Source of the DNA: the human T2T-CHM13v2.0 reference genome, Homo sapiens | Assembly (NCBI RefSeq): GCF_009914755.1 | Contig: NC_060938.1 | Strand: one strand, 5' to 3' | DNA: 64,000 nt | In this document: one piece after another, positions 18,990 to 35,939 of the stretch | How the letters are laid out: each line of letters opens with the position of its first letter | How positions within the stretch are numbered: the stretch's first letter is position 1 | The notes under the pieces: generated by a model | Seen by the model: only the letters and a program-made list of their open reading frames with translations | The model's database searches: none | What the model was told of the DNA's origin: nothing | Translations under genes and position numbers: made by a program

Positions 18990-20240
18990 ATATATAACCA
19001 GTTACCTTCTGAACAATCACTTGGCTATCATACTTTCCTCAAACATGTCCCAAACTGAACTCATTATCCTGCCTTCCAAACCTGTGTTCTCTGTCTCACC
19101 AAATGGCACATCTATCTACCTGGTTGCTCTTGTCAGAAATCTAGCACCTCCTCTATTTCTTCATATACATTCTTTCAACAAGTTCTGCTCATTCTACTTT
19201 CTATATGTATCTCAAATACATCTCAGCTCCATTCCCTTGCTGAAAACCCATCAATGGCTTCCCATCCCATTTGAAATAAAATCTGAACTCCTTAAAAAGG
19301 CTGATGATGCCTTACACAATCCAACTTCTGCCTTCCTCTCCAGCTTCAAAGCCTCCACACTCTCTCTAGAAATGGAAACTTTGTAAGACTTCTTCCCTCT
19401 ACTTGGAATATTTTCTTCCTACTCCTCCTCTAACTCCTACTTACTCCATAGGCCTCAGACAAGACTGCCCCACTTTCATCCCCAAAATATATCAGGTATC
19501 TATATTATCTTTCTGCTTGGCACTCTGTAGCACCTATGCTTTCCCTTCATAGCATGTATATTCATTTATTAAATGAATACAGTTATTCATTTAATATCTG
19601 CCTCATCTATGACCCCACAAACTCTGTGAAAGCAGGATGATGGCAATTTTACTTACTACTATATCCACAGCACAGGACATAGTCTGTAATAGGCATTGAA
19701 ATATTTGTTGAATAAAGAAGCGAATGACCATGTTTAATTTGCTTGAAAGACCAATGCCTGGTGAGTGCAGGAATTGAAAAAAAAAAATCAGACAGAAGAG
19801 ACATTATCAAAATGGAATCTTTAATATGTGGAAAACAAAGGAATGAATGAAAGATGGATCTCACGTCTGCTGTGACTGGGAAATGGACAGGGCCACTAAA
19901 ATAAGTGGAAGAGTTAGAAAGACATGCTGTTTTGATAAGGAGATGATGAATTTGGATTTGGATAAGTTGAGTTATAGAAGCCAATTCCATTTAGGTTAAA
20001 AATGCAAGCATGTAATTGGGGATATAGGTCTATACCTCCGAAAAGAGGCTGAGATGAGAGATAAAGCTATTTTGGAGTCATCTTAGTAGTGCCAAATATT
20101 TCATCAGCAGCGACTTTCAAGTAAACATATACAGTTAGTGAATCCTGGACTTCCTTTTATAAGATTTCTCACACTTAAAATGACTTATTCAATGCCTGTC
20201 TCCTCCCACTCAACTGTAAGTTTCATGAGGACGGTATTGC
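18990..20240. mobile_element. L2 fragments
   Basis: ctcaaacatgtcccaaactgaactcattatc, aaaacccatcaatggcttccc and aaatatttgttgaataaa motifs. Confidence 0.65.
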
Positions 20241-20484
20241 TCTATCCTTAGGAAGGAAGCCACTACAGTGTAGGAAGTCTGGGAACAGGGTGGTATGGAA
20301 AGCCAAGTCTTAGGCTGTTAAGTGAAGAATTACTCCTTTTCTCCACTAGCAGTATTAGCAGCCATGCCAAAGAAATTCCCATTGTATGGTGAGTCACCAT
20401 TGTTCCCCCAGTGGAATGAACAAATGATTTTAAATCACTCAATTGTCTAGTAGCATAGTTGTAATTAAAATGTGTGTTTCTCAG

Positions 20485-20862
20485 TTCAATATCCTCTCCC
20501 TGGTGTACAGCTATTATACAATGCACACTTCTACTAAATATCTACCTCAATTTACCCCACTGCGAAAAGAGATTATCCCACTATCTCAGGTACTTTTAAG
20601 ATACAATTTGTTATTTAAAACCCCAGAGAAGTCTAGACTTGGAAAGCGTATACCCAGAGACCCGCTGATATCTTCTCGCTCTACTCTTATACACAGAGAT
20701 TTGTATCTTGCCAAGTTGGTTAAAATTGATTCTCAAGCTCAAGTTATGGCTATTTGATTATGTTATATAGATGCAACTCAAAGTACTTCATCAGAAGTTT
20801 TGAACATCAGGGGCAACAGACAATCCCTATGATTAATCCATCTTCTATCTACAGATAATATG
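20485..20862 (+). pseudogene. Candidate exon, 378 nt, phase 0-0 (FNILSLVYSYYTMHTSTKYLPQFTPLRKEIIPL...STDNM)
   Basis: tgtgtttctcag| and ATG|gtaaca. 126 codons with only two TGA stops. Confidence 0.5.
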
Positions 20863-22653
20863 GTAACAATGTGACTTATTTTAAAATAATTTTATTTGAT
20901 AAAAATATACCAGCACTCTCTCTCTTTGTTAATGTTTTTGCCCCTTGACTTCGATTAAATTCAACAAAACGTGCTTGAAGCATAAAGGCATTTAACAAAT
21001 ATTTCCTAAAATGAACTGAGAAGTACCGTTACAACATTCCCCATTTCTAGAAGATAAAGTAATATGGAACCTACCTTCAAGCAAAAATCCAAGATTCCTA
21101 CCATTAACATTAATCCAGTCCTGATCTACTTCTCAGTCTGTTTTACTTTTTGTGAACTGTGCTATATTATGAAACCTAAAATCAGTGTTGAGAAAACTAA
21201 ATTATATGCCTACATTTATACAAATTATATAATTGTTCACATGGTGGATTATTACAGAATATTACCAATTCATTAGTTACAATAAACTTCTTTTCCAAAG
21301 AGTTATATAAGAATATAAGACACACATGGAATTGCTTCATTTTCAGCTTTTCCCCCACAGTACAAATCATTTTTCTCTGTATAAGATGTCACTATCTCTC
21401 CAGCAGGTTAATCCCAGGAGGTTTAGCAACTGCAATTACTACATTTAAATATTCCACATATCTGTCAAGACTTCAAAGAATTCTGTGGTGTCAGTTTAAA
21501 TATAAATATATATAATTCTAGTTAATCATCACTTAAGGCAGTTTTGAAAACCACATTACTTACTGCTGCAAATTTCAATGTTATATTGTGTATGTTGTAT
21601 AGTTTTCTATATTGCAACTCTTTCTATTAATTTATTGGTTAAGAAAATGTCCATACTGATTCTGCCAAGCATAAGTAGTCTCTTTATATAGAAAATACGT
21701 AGTTTCTCACTAAGGTAAACTTGTCAAGATCATTTTGTCTAATCATGGAAGAGAAAAGAACACCAGAAAAAAAATCACTTTATGCTTTACATAGGGCTCA
21801 AAGTCAGGTTTGAAATCTCATATAAATACAGTATTTCAAGAAAATGCTAGCAAAACATATTACAAGCTTTTCATTTGTTTCCTCTGCTTCTAAAGGAAAC
21901 CTTTATATTTACCAGTGACTACACTAATGGTCAATAGCTTTCATTCTTCTGTTGCTTTTTAATGTAAGTGTAGATTTTGTGCATTTTGTAAATTCATCTT
22001 ATAAACAGCTTCTGTGACCCTCAATGAAAATCAAGCATTTTGACGGTGTAGTAACTACAGCTACATAATTTTGCACCAGGATGGGTCATAGGGTTGCTAT
22101 ATTTACCTTTAAGTTAGATTTGTTCATGTGTCTGTATTTATTTATCCTACTTGAATAGCCCTTACAGTGAAGATAAAAGTGTAATTATTATTACAACAAT
22201 GAAACCTTCAGGGTGCCAGAACCTAATATCCTAGTGCCCAGCAACCATAACTAACACCAGTGAATAGCACTTCAAGGCTTTTAATCTCCATGACAACCTA
22301 CCTTGCATTCTTCAATAAAATACCACTTTGCATGCATACAAACATATTCTTTATACACAGCCTACTTGTTAATAAATATCACCTGCACCGAACACCAAAA
22401 AAAAAAAACCCAAAGCCTTCTTTTTAAATAACTCTAAGTTCTCCCTATAAAACTAATTAATTGAACTCAGAAGGTACTTAATTTATATCTTTACATCCAT
22501 AGCACACCTACACAACACGCCACCAAAAGACTTTCTGAAAGAGATATTGAAACTGATACCTTCTTCAATTTGAAATGCTATTCTACCCCTAAAGCCTTCG
22601 TGGGTATTGTATCAAAAACACTTTGCTGTCATGAGTAGGTCATTTCATTTTAG

Positions 22654-23180
22654 ACCTAGGCATTGCTGATGTTCTGCCATGGGGTGAACTACACTGCTAC
22701 AGGCTTAAGACTTTGTTTATTCCCTCAACTGTTGAAGACAAGTCTCTCATTTTTAGGGTAAGACTCATAGGTTTGTTGATTGTTCTGGCTCTTGCCTTCT
22801 TCTTTGGGACCCAGCTTTTGTTCATTTTGCTCCTTATTAATTCTTACAATCAAGAACAGATCAGAAAGAACTGGGAGAGAAAGCCTGAAACTTTTAGGGG
22901 GTGGTTTTTCCCACACACTTTACTTAAAGTTACCAGGGTAGAAGAAAAGGAGTGAAGTAGAAGTAGTATCTAAAGCGAGATTTGAGAGTCTCTGTTGATC
23001 TGGTTTATTCATATACCATTTTTCAAAAGGAACGAAACTGGCTTATTGCATAGAACCTTATCATCTTTTAAAATTGTCCATCTCAGGTGGCTTCTGTATA
23101 GATCAGGAAGCCATCAGAAGGAGTTCTTGTACATTCAAGAATCTCACAATGCAGGCCATTGAAGAATCTGATCAAGACAG
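22654..23180 (+). pseudogene. Candidate exons 22654-22757 (DLGIADVLPWGELHCYRLKTLFIPSTVEDKSLIFR) and 22860-23180
   Basis: catttcattttag| and AGG|gtaaga. Second segment needs one frameshift, has a stop, and ends AG|ataaca (possible GT->AT donor loss). Confidence 0.4.
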
Positions 23181-23646
23181 ATAACAATTCACTTTTTAGA
23201 TGATATTTTGCTTTCTTTTGAAAATTATTTATCCTTTTGTGTCTCTGGTTCCTTTTTAAAATGGTTTCTTTACTCTGTTGCCTACTTAAGAGACTAAGGT
23301 TCTATTAATTACTATACTGATCACATAAAACTCAATAGAATTTGAAAAGAATATTTTGAATATAACAACCTATCTAAAGAAAACAGCTAAAAGGCCTCTT
23401 TCATAAATATGTCAAAAAATAAATTCATATTGTCTAAACTAGCATTTTCTTCCAGATAACAGTTTAGGTGTACAGAAGTGGAATTCTTCTCATTACGCCA
23501 ATAATGTCCTCAATGCTATAGTCTCACCTTCCTAAAACTAAAATAATGTGGAAGCAAAGCCTAGCCATGACTCCTCCTGTCTAGATAATTTCAAATTAGT
23601 TGTACTCATCACACCCATAAGCCACTATTTTGTTTTACCTGCACAG

Positions 23647-23744
23647 GATGACAAGTCTATTTCGCTGTCTCCTTTTTCATAGTTTCATAGTGGCAGTGTT
23701 TTCAGGACTCCGAGGTTCATTCTATTCATTACATCAAACAACCG
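23647..23744 (+). pseudogene. Candidate exon (MTSLFRCLLFHSFIVAVFSGLRGSFYSLHQTT)
   Basis: ttttacctgcacag| acceptor, open frame, phase 2 to phase 1, weak donor gtacaa. Confidence 0.35.
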
Positions 23745-24810
23745 GTACAAAATCAAAAAAGCAATTATGCAAACACTGTAACGAATTCTAACAAACATTT
23801 TATTAAAATAATTCATTGTTCTCTTTGAATTTTACAAAACAACCAATTTAAGTAATTTTTCTTTTTATTGTATGATATAACTGGATTGTTTTTCCTCAAT
23901 TGACTGGCTATTTTGTCATGTAAAAATAGTTTTCAGTGTATTAATTATCACATGACTACAGCAGACAACAAGGCAAGGGCCTATTTTAGGGTTCTGAGAG
24001 CTTAGGCAACCAGGCATACTTTATAAAATCACATGGATCTAATGTTGTTGGGATTTGGGTCAGTCTAACAATGATGGTTTTTCTGTTTATGTGACAGCCC
24101 TTCCAACTATGCTTTGACCACTTTGAGGTCAACACTGAGAGCCAACACTGTGTGTCTTCCCAATATTCTCTAATTTCCAAAGCAGTGGCCACCATATTTT
24201 TTTAAAATGCATCACAAATGTCTGTTTAATTGAGCCCAGTTGAACCCCAACTAAAATCACTTTTGAGCACAATATTCCAATTAGTTTCTAGCACATTTCT
24301 TGCTTGGTATTGGTTAGAAGTCTTTTGCATTTAAAAAATTTAAAACTGGCCCACTTAAGCAATTTCCAATTGCTTTGATTTGGGCATTAAAACAGAATAT
24401 CAACGTTTCTATTTTTGTGTCTTTAAATATTGCTGTGAATAGTAATAATGCATCCTCAGCAGTAGCCTCATTCCCTGACACTATCATGGTGAGAAAAGCA
24501 CTATAGTAAGACCCAGTAACTCTGATTGAAAATAACACTTCCCCCACTATTTTTAGGTGAATGTAATTCTTACAAGAAATTTAAAAGAAATTATGAAAAT
24601 ACCATGTAATTTTCCTTCTGCCTTCAGGAAAAATAAAACCAACCCCCCACCCCCAACCCCTGCCTCAAAAAAATTCTGGTCTCTGAAAAGTCACCAAAGA
24701 AGAAGACTTTATGTGACTAACTTTGTCACACATTCCAGTGATTCACAGCACTTATATGTAACCCAAATTTCAAATGCAGCTAAAACATAAACTTATCATT
24801 TCTTGGTTAG

Positions 24811-25025
24811 CCCTCGGTAAGGCTAGTAAGATGTCTTCCTATGTAAGGAATAAAATAATTCTCAGGCCCTTTGTGGCCTTGTTTACTGCAAGCCAAAGAA
24901 TTGAGAGCTGCAATTGTTCTTCCCATCCCAGAATTCGCTTCCGACCAGCCAGCAATTTAATGTTTTCATTTTCCACAAGCTGTTCACCAAGCTCTCAAAG
25001 GCTGGGTTTTGCCAAAATTAGTGAG
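24811..25025 (+). pseudogene. Candidate exon, 215 nt, fully open (LGKASKMSSYVRNKIILRPFVALFTASQRIE...FAKISE)
   Basis: catttcttggttag| and GAG|gtatga. Phase 1 start matches the previous candidate. Confidence 0.5.
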
Positions 25026-26394
25026 GTATGAAGGCAGCCATGCCCCACCTTCTGTATTTATGTGTTTATAGTTGCTGTTTATAGAATCAACTGACTACTC
25101 TTTCAGGTTATGTAGAGATGCTGCTTGCCTGTAGATTGCTGGTAAGCAGATTCTCTAAAATCAAAACCCTGAATTTTAGTGTTGCCAGTTTCCATGGTGC
25201 AAATGTTCCCATCTTTGCTGATGTCATAATACCAACATGAGGTCACTGAACAGGAAGTTAGGAAAAGATGCACATCCTCTGCTCTCCTGAACCAATAAGA
25301 GCCAGTTCCAAGACACCATAACTGATTGCTATATTTTAGGATTTTTTTCTGATTATAAAGGTAATTGGCATAGAAAATTGGAAATAATTAAAAGTAAAAT
25401 GAAGTAGAAAACAATACCTAGAATTCTAAAAGCTAGAAATGCCAATGATGTAATTGTTAATGTGGGACACGGTACTACTGCCTACCACAAATAACCCTTA
25501 TGTGGAATTCTAATAAATCTGGATTTCAGTGTATCTTTCTAGAAACCATAGAAATTTCAATATATGCTCAAACTGAAGCCATTCCTAATGGGAATATCAG
25601 AAAAAGAAGAACTTGGAATTCAGAAGGAAAAGTAAAGAAACTGGTTAAGAATTAATAAAGGCTTTAGCAGTGAACTTTTAAGATAGCTAAAGCTGGAAGA
25701 AAATAAACTCCGAAGTTCAAACTGTGTTCCTGTATTTGTTAGCTCTCAAGGGAATTGAGGGTGAAGAAGGAGCTAAAGGCAGGAGCTTTGGCAAGATATC
25801 ATCAAGCCAAATATCAGATAATCTCATATGTTTAACTAAGCTGAGTTAATTAAATAATGATTGCCCAAGATTTTTCCACCTCGAACATCCAAATAACGAC
25901 AGATGTCTGACACCAAAAACACAACCCTAGAAGTTGGAGTCAACAGTTCAGTTCCAAGTCCTATCACAAAAGTATTAAGCACGGAAATTATCTGCAATAT
26001 AGCAAAACAAATTTAAAATGATTTTGTAAAAGAATGTAGAAGGAAGGAGACCTTGAAGCATGAGAATGGTAATAAAAATATTATTGCAAATTCAAGATAT
26101 ATAAAGTGATGTGGGTATCTCCTTATTTATGGTGCTATGCTTATTTTTTTAAATAAACTTCAAAAGCATTTACAAAGTATTCTAAAGAGTTATCATTAAT
26201 TATGATTCACTATCCATAGCTCCAAACTGTTGAGGTTTTCAAAAACTTAAAATTTTTATAGATGAGTATTTCTTTTACGTATTTCCCTCAAAATATACTC
26301 TTTCTTTGCACTATGATTTTATTGGTGAGACAATTCATTAATTGTGTGGTATTTCTCTAGATTTTACATAGCCTAATTCAGCCCATCTTTTAAA

Positions 26395-29290
<2,896 letters not shown>

Positions 29291-29305
29291 CATGAAGTTT
29301 GGTAC

Positions 29306-29913
29306 TATGGGGCCTCAGAAAACAACACTCCAAAATGAAGGCCACAGAAGCAGACTCACAGGCAAAGGTTTTTCTTTGACCCCTCCTACCCTTGTATCTC
29401 TCAGTCCCGTTCTTCCCGGAGGCCAGCCACAGAAACTAGAAACCGTATTCCCCAAGACAGTCATAGAAACCAGAAGAACCCCTTCACCCCAAAGCCAACC
29501 ATAACACCTAAAATATTCTGTGTAAGAACTAGCCATAAAGAAATTAATCTGACCTACGTTGTTTGCCTGTAGGTCATAAGACCCCCTATTCCAAAGAGGG
29601 TCCTGCCCCACACCCAAAAGGAAGGAATACTGCTCGGAGAGGCCAAGAATCCAGACAGACAGGCCATGCTGGGCTTCCCCACTCAGTCTATTACTATTAT
29701 ATTTTTGTCCAACCATATTTCTACATGGCTGTTTATAATTTATTGAACCTAAGCATTGAAATGGACAGTTTCCTCTATATCTTTGGGTCTTCATTCTGAA
29801 GGCTCCTGTGTATACTCATTAAATACATTTGTATGCCTTTTCTCCAATTAATCTGCCTTTGCCAAGTTGATTTTTCAGTGAACTTTCAGAGGACCAAGCT
29901 CTTGGTCCCTACA
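29306..29913 (+). mobile_element. ERV1 solo LTR (MER39/MER34 group)
   Basis: ggggcctcagaaaacaacactccaaaatg start, ttggtccctaca end, attaaa signal ~29818. Confidence 0.75.
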
Positions 29914-30714
29914 GGATGTACCCTCAGGCAAAAAGGTGCATACTCACAAATCTCACTGTTGCAATTCCTGTCTTTCAAAGGTAGACTCTCTCTGGTATCT
30001 GAGTGTTTTGTTGGTCTCCAGTACTTTCAAATGGGTGGTTAGGGTGTGGAGAGAGGTGTAAATATATCATATATAATAGTTATCTGTGCGAAGGTTATTC
30101 TGGTTAAATAACTCTGCCATTTCTGAAAGTCTGAGTAAATACATATTTTCACTTTCTGCTTTTTTCACTTAACATTATATCATCTGGCTTTTTGTGTGTT
30201 ATTTACTGTGTGATGTTGCTTTATGTGCTCTGATTAGCTGTATTCATTACATCTGTTGTTCATCTGGATTCAGAGCCTTTAATTCTACCTTCACATTTCC
30301 TATGTGAAGTCCTAACATTGTTTTGTACTGTCAGTTCAGTCTGTAAAACCTGGCAAAGCAGTTAGAAAATGAAACACCAGTCATTTTACGTCATGAAGCC
30401 AAATTGAGTATTTTAATCAATTCAACTTTTAATAATATGATTTGATCCACATAATAGTATATTTCTAATTTACAGTCAACAAAACCATTTCCTTGCTTTT
30501 CTCATAGTAAAAAATATTTCATTTCTCTGATTTTAAAAAGTTGATTTTTGTTCTTCCATTATATAACTTTATGGGGAAGTGTTGTTTTTCTCTTTTATTT
30601 TTCTCAGCAAATTTTAGCATAAGAGTAATTTGTAGCATTTTGGAGTTATCATGGCAAAAAGTTTACTTTTCTACAGATCACATGAAAGTTTATTTAAGAA
30701 AGACTCAGCTAAAG

Positions 30715-31538
30715 TTTCTTTATTCATTTATTCAGCAGATGTTTCATAAGGGTTTATTGCATGCGAGACAGTATGGGAGGTACAAGGGATATTAGAATAA
30801 ATAAGACACCATTCAGAGCCTCCAAAGGCTTATAATCTCTAAGGAAAAACAGAGAAGTCATTTAAAATAACAATAAATTTAAATAAGTACTATCAGTGAT
30901 AAGGATAAGAAGAAGAAATGAAAAAATTCACAGGAAGGAAGTGTTTCCTTCTGCTTGGAGAGATCTAGAGAGTCTACTTAAGTGTCAACAGTTGTGCATA
31001 ATCTTGAAAAATGACTGTTTGCCAGAAGCAAGAACTTGAGGAAAAATACCACACATCTGGTACACTGCAAGTACTTTGTCATAATAGGATATACTAAGCA
31101 AGCAGAGAAATGGCAGAATATGAGACTAGAAAAGCAGGCAGGGGACAAATGAATAACAGCCCTGTGAATTATATTTGGTATAGAAGTATCTGAATTTTAT
31201 TCTGTGGATGATGAGAAGTTATTGCAAGATTTTAAGTAGGATTAACATAACGAGATTTGAGTCTTTGAAATATTACTCTGACTGCAGAGTGGAGAATGGA
31301 TTACATCAAAGGCTGATACAGACGGGATTTGGCCCATAAGCCATATTGTTTGCCAACACCTGGAATAGATGATTCCTCCCAAAGCAACGAGATTAGCTAG
31401 AAACCTATTGCAATAGTCCAAGTGAGTTATAATGAGAGTTTGAATCAGAGCAGTGAAAATGAATGTGCAGAGGAGGAGAAAATTCTAGAAACATTAAGAA
31501 AGACTTGGTGACCAATTGGATTTTGTGGCTACTTGGGG
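30715..31538 (-). mobile_element. L2 fragment
   Basis: ttcatttattcagcagatgttt 3' end and ttactctgactgcagagtggagaatggatt motif. Confidence 0.65.
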
Positions 31539-31555
31539 AAGAAATTTAGGAGGAC

Positions 31556-32794
31556 CTTCTTGAACAATACTCCACAAGCATAGGCAACAAAGGAAAAATG
31601 GACAAATGGGATCACATCAGGTTGAAAAGCTTTTGTGCAGCAAAGGATACAATCCACAAAGTGAAGAGATAACCCACAGAATGGGAGAAAATATTTGCAA
31701 ACTCTTCATCTGACAAGGGATTAATAACCGGAATGTATAAGGAGCTCAAACAACTCTATAGGAAAAAGTCTAATAATCTGATCAAAAAATGGCCAAAAAA
31801 TTGAATAGATATTTCTCCAAAGAAGACATACAAATGGCAAGCAGGCATACGAAAAGGTGCTCAAGATCATTGATCATCAGAGAAATGCAAATCAAAACTA
31901 CAATGAGATATCATCTCACCCCAGATAAAATGGCTTATGTCCAAAAGATAGGCAATAACAAATGCTGGCGAAGATGTGGAGAAAAGGGAACACCAAACAC
32001 TGTTGCAGGGAATGTAAATTAATACAGCCACTACAGAGAACAGTTTGGAGATTCCTCAAGAAACTAAAAATTGAGCTATCATATGATCCAGCAATCCCAC
32101 TGCTGGGTATACACCCAAAAGAAAGGAAATCAATATATCGAAGAAATATCTGCACTCCTATGTTTGTTGCAGCAATGTTTACAATAGCTAGGGTTTGGAA
32201 GCAACCTAAGTGTTCATCAACAGATGAATAGATAAAGAAAATACAATACATATACACAATGGAGCACAATTCAGTCATAAAAAAGAATGAGATCCAGACA
32301 TTTGCAGCAATATGATGGAACTGGAGATCATGATATTAAGTGAAATAAGCCAGGCACAGGAAGACAAACATTGCATGTTCTCACTTATTTGTAGAATCTA
32401 AAAATCAAAATGATTGAACTCATGGACATAGAGAGTAGAAGGGTGGTTATTAGAGGCTGGGAAGGGTAGTGGAGGCCTCAGGGGCAGTTAATGGGTTCCA
32501 AAAAAAACTAGAAAGAATGAATAAAACCTATTATTTGATAGTGCAATAGGGTGACTATAGTTAATAATAACTTAGTTGTACATTTTAAAATAAGTTAAAG
32601 AGTGTAATACGATTGTTTGCAACTCAAAGAATAAATGCTTGAAGGTCATGGATACCCCATTCCCCAAGATGTGCTTATTTCAGGTTGCATACCTGTATCA
32701 AAACATCTTATATACCCCATAAATATATACACATAGTATGTATCCATAAACATTTTAAAAAATAAAAACAAAATAAAATAATAAAAATATTTTA
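31556..32794 (+). mobile_element. 5'-truncated L1MA/L1PB-like element
   Basis: ORF2 C-terminal remnants (ORFs 31789-32231), 3'UTR and A-tail. 17-bp TSD AAGAAATTTA(G/A)GAGGAC at 31539-31555 and 32795-32811. Confidence 0.93.
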
Positions 32795-33825
32795 AAGAAA
32801 TTTAAGAGGACGCCAGGTTTGGGTGACTTGAACAATCAGGTTATGATCAATAAGAATGAAAAAAAAAAAAGAGGATCAAGAGATCAGTGATCCAAAAACC
32901 TGACCAGGTCACAAATTACAGGTTTGTTAATTGTATTATTACAATACATTAAATATTTTAATCACTATATAATGAACATATTTTCAATAGAAAATTGTAT
33001 TTGTCCACTTAATCCAAAGAATATGTTTGTTATAGAAAACTGAATTTGCTCACGTAAACTGCAATGAACTAACTCACAAGTCTCATTTAGTTTCCCCTGA
33101 GGAACAGAAAATTTCAGATTCCCTTGGTTTAGCTTTTTCCTTGAGGATTTTTGAAATAAAGGCTACTTCTAGCTGCTTCAAACCTGCTACACCCAGTGTA
33201 AAAGCACTTTCTTCCACATCCTGGAAGCCCCATTTAAATACAATGCTGAGCCGATGGACCATAAATGCAACCCAATGTGGTAATTCCTAAATTCCTATTT
33301 AACACACTTGATCTCCAACATTTTAGTATGAATAACAATTAGATCCTGTGAGACGGGGTGTTTATAGTATAAAAACAGGATGAAACTCAGAAAGAAATAA
33401 AGCCCCAGAAAATCATCAGTCTATGTAGCTTAGTTATAGTAGCTGTACTTCATTAAATTCAGGTTCATTTTAGTTCATATACGTTAGTATTCTGCAAAGT
33501 TTATTGCCATCTTCTCTAGGCATTCATTTTCTCAGATAGGATAGTTTTGCTTTTTTTCTTTCCAAATCTTACATTAGTCCCTGTCTCTATAATTACTATT
33601 CTCTAGATTTATAATTGTTCCACTATGTCTTTCTTGAGTTGCAACAACCAGCTATGCACACAACCTTCCAGGTGTGGATTCACTATACTTCTATTAAAAG
33701 GTAGGATTTTATTTCCCCTGTTTTCTATTCTATGCCAGTTATGTGAAGCATTTTTATTGTTTTGGGGGCTCCAAGACAAATTAGATTCTCAAGGAAACTC
33801 TATTATTATTAATGTCATCAGCTAA

Positions 33826-34196
33826 TGTCTTAGTCTGTTTTAGCTGCTACAACAAAATCAGAGGCTGGGTGGCTTATATACAACAGAAACTTATTTCCTG
33901 CAGTTCTGGAGGCTGGGAAGTCCAAAATCAAGGTGCTGGCAGATTCAGTGTCTCTGAAATGGGCCCATTTCCTGGTTCATAAGTGGTGCCTTCTCACTCA
34001 TCCTCACAAGGTGGAAAGAGCAAGGCAGCTCTCTGGAGTCTCCTTTATAAGAGCACTAATCCCATTCTTGGGTGAAGAGCACTCATGATTTATTCACCTC
34101 CCAAAGGCTCCACTTCCTAATACTATCGCCTTTGGGTTAGGATTTCAACATACGATTTGGGGAGGGGGAGGAAATATGAACATTCAGACCATAGCA
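33826..34196 (-). mobile_element. MaLR solo LTR (MLT1A/MST-like)
   Basis: tgtcttagtctgttt...cagttctggaggctgggaagtccaa...cattcagaccatagca. Confidence 0.88.
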
Positions 34197-35939
34197 GCAT
34201 ACTAAAATTTTTCCTGTCTATATCCTGTTTCAAGTTATTATAAAAAATATAAAAGCAGTCTGCTCCCATATACAAAGGACCAAGCAATAAGACCAAAGCA
34301 GCTAAAAACATAAAACTTAAACTAAAAAGAAACTCAGGAACCACTACCCTTATACTTCCCAACCAATTAGTTTCAAATTTGAATTTGTGACCCTAATTAT
34401 GTATATAAAAGAGACAAAATTGGAAACTAAACATTGTTTTGGCTTGCCAGGTGCCAAGTGAATAATGTTCAAAAAAGGTTTGCCTTGCCTTTTATTAACT
34501 ACACCTAGGGGAAAAAAACAAAAACAAAAACAAAAACAAACTGTGCACTGATTACTAAGAGCTAGTATGAGTTCTTTGAGAAAGTATGCTGCTAGGAAGT
34601 GACTGAATAAGAATTACATGAAACTAATCTGATTTTTAATTTTCTCACCCTGCCCCACCCCCAGCTATATAATTACTGGCCTGGAAAAGTCAAAAAGGTG
34701 CTGTAAACTGAGTGTATCTATTTTCGGCCACAGACAAAGAAGATTGAATTAACCACACTCCTCCATTCCTAGCATAAGCCTTGTGTCTTGTTTATTGTTG
34801 TTTTATTTATTTTCTCTCATCCCCATACCTCTCTCCCAATCTCCTCAACCCCATAGCACCTATTTTAATTATTTGAATATATATCTTTTGTGTCTGTGTT
34901 CTTTCCAAATGGATATTTGTTTGCACATAATTATGCACACACATGCACACACACATATATAAAACTCTGTAACTTTCATTACACAGTATGTCTGTAAGAT
35001 TCATCCATGTTGCCATGCAGATAGCATACACCTAATATATTACTTTTAGCTGCTGTTAAAGCAGCATCAGATATTTCCCTAAGATATTTGGCAAAATATC
35101 TCATGTTATCTTTAAGAATAAGATGGATAGACTGAAACTGTGGCAGCAGAGTACAGGGAAATTCAAAGTTGGAAAACAATATTAAAAGTGTGTTGCTTTG
35201 ACAGATATCCCAATTATGCAAACTATATGAATGTATTGAATTATTACTTGCATCTCAAAAATATGTATGTCTATTATGTATCAATAAAAAAAGTAAGTGT
35301 GTTACTTAATGTAACAATGTCAACCTCTCTAAAGGAAGTTACCAAACCTGTCCTTCGGCCACATTTCAATACTCAATAGCTACACATCATTAATGGTCAC
35401 CATATTATACAGCATAGATGTAACATTTCCATCATCATGGAAAATCCTACTGAAACACTGTTCTGGAGCTATGCCCAAATTTCCTCATCCACATTGTTAC
35501 CAGCTAGTCAGGAAAGGAGTTATTGGTAATTCTGGAAGAAATAACTAATAAGATGAATTTAAATGTCAAGATTCAGAAAGATCACAATAGGTGATAATGT
35601 TAGCCATACACTGAAAAGCTTAAATTTAATAACAGTAACTATAAACCCCTGCACTTAGATTCAAAGTTCAAAACACAGTTGCTCAAGTATAACATTCAAG
35701 GAAAAACCTACCCTGTTAGAAGTTCAAATTTAAAAATCCTAGCGGGTAGAAATGGGGTGGTGCTGTTAGATAATCATAAGCTTACTCTGGGCCAACAGTG
35801 TGCCAAAGTGGCTAAATGTAATTCAAACATAGCCTACTAAATGGGAGGACAGTGTGAAATAGTGCCTATGTAGGTCCATCTCTATGCAGAGAATCATGTT
35901 CATCTCTGACTGTAATGCTTTGAGAAAGAGCTATCCAAG

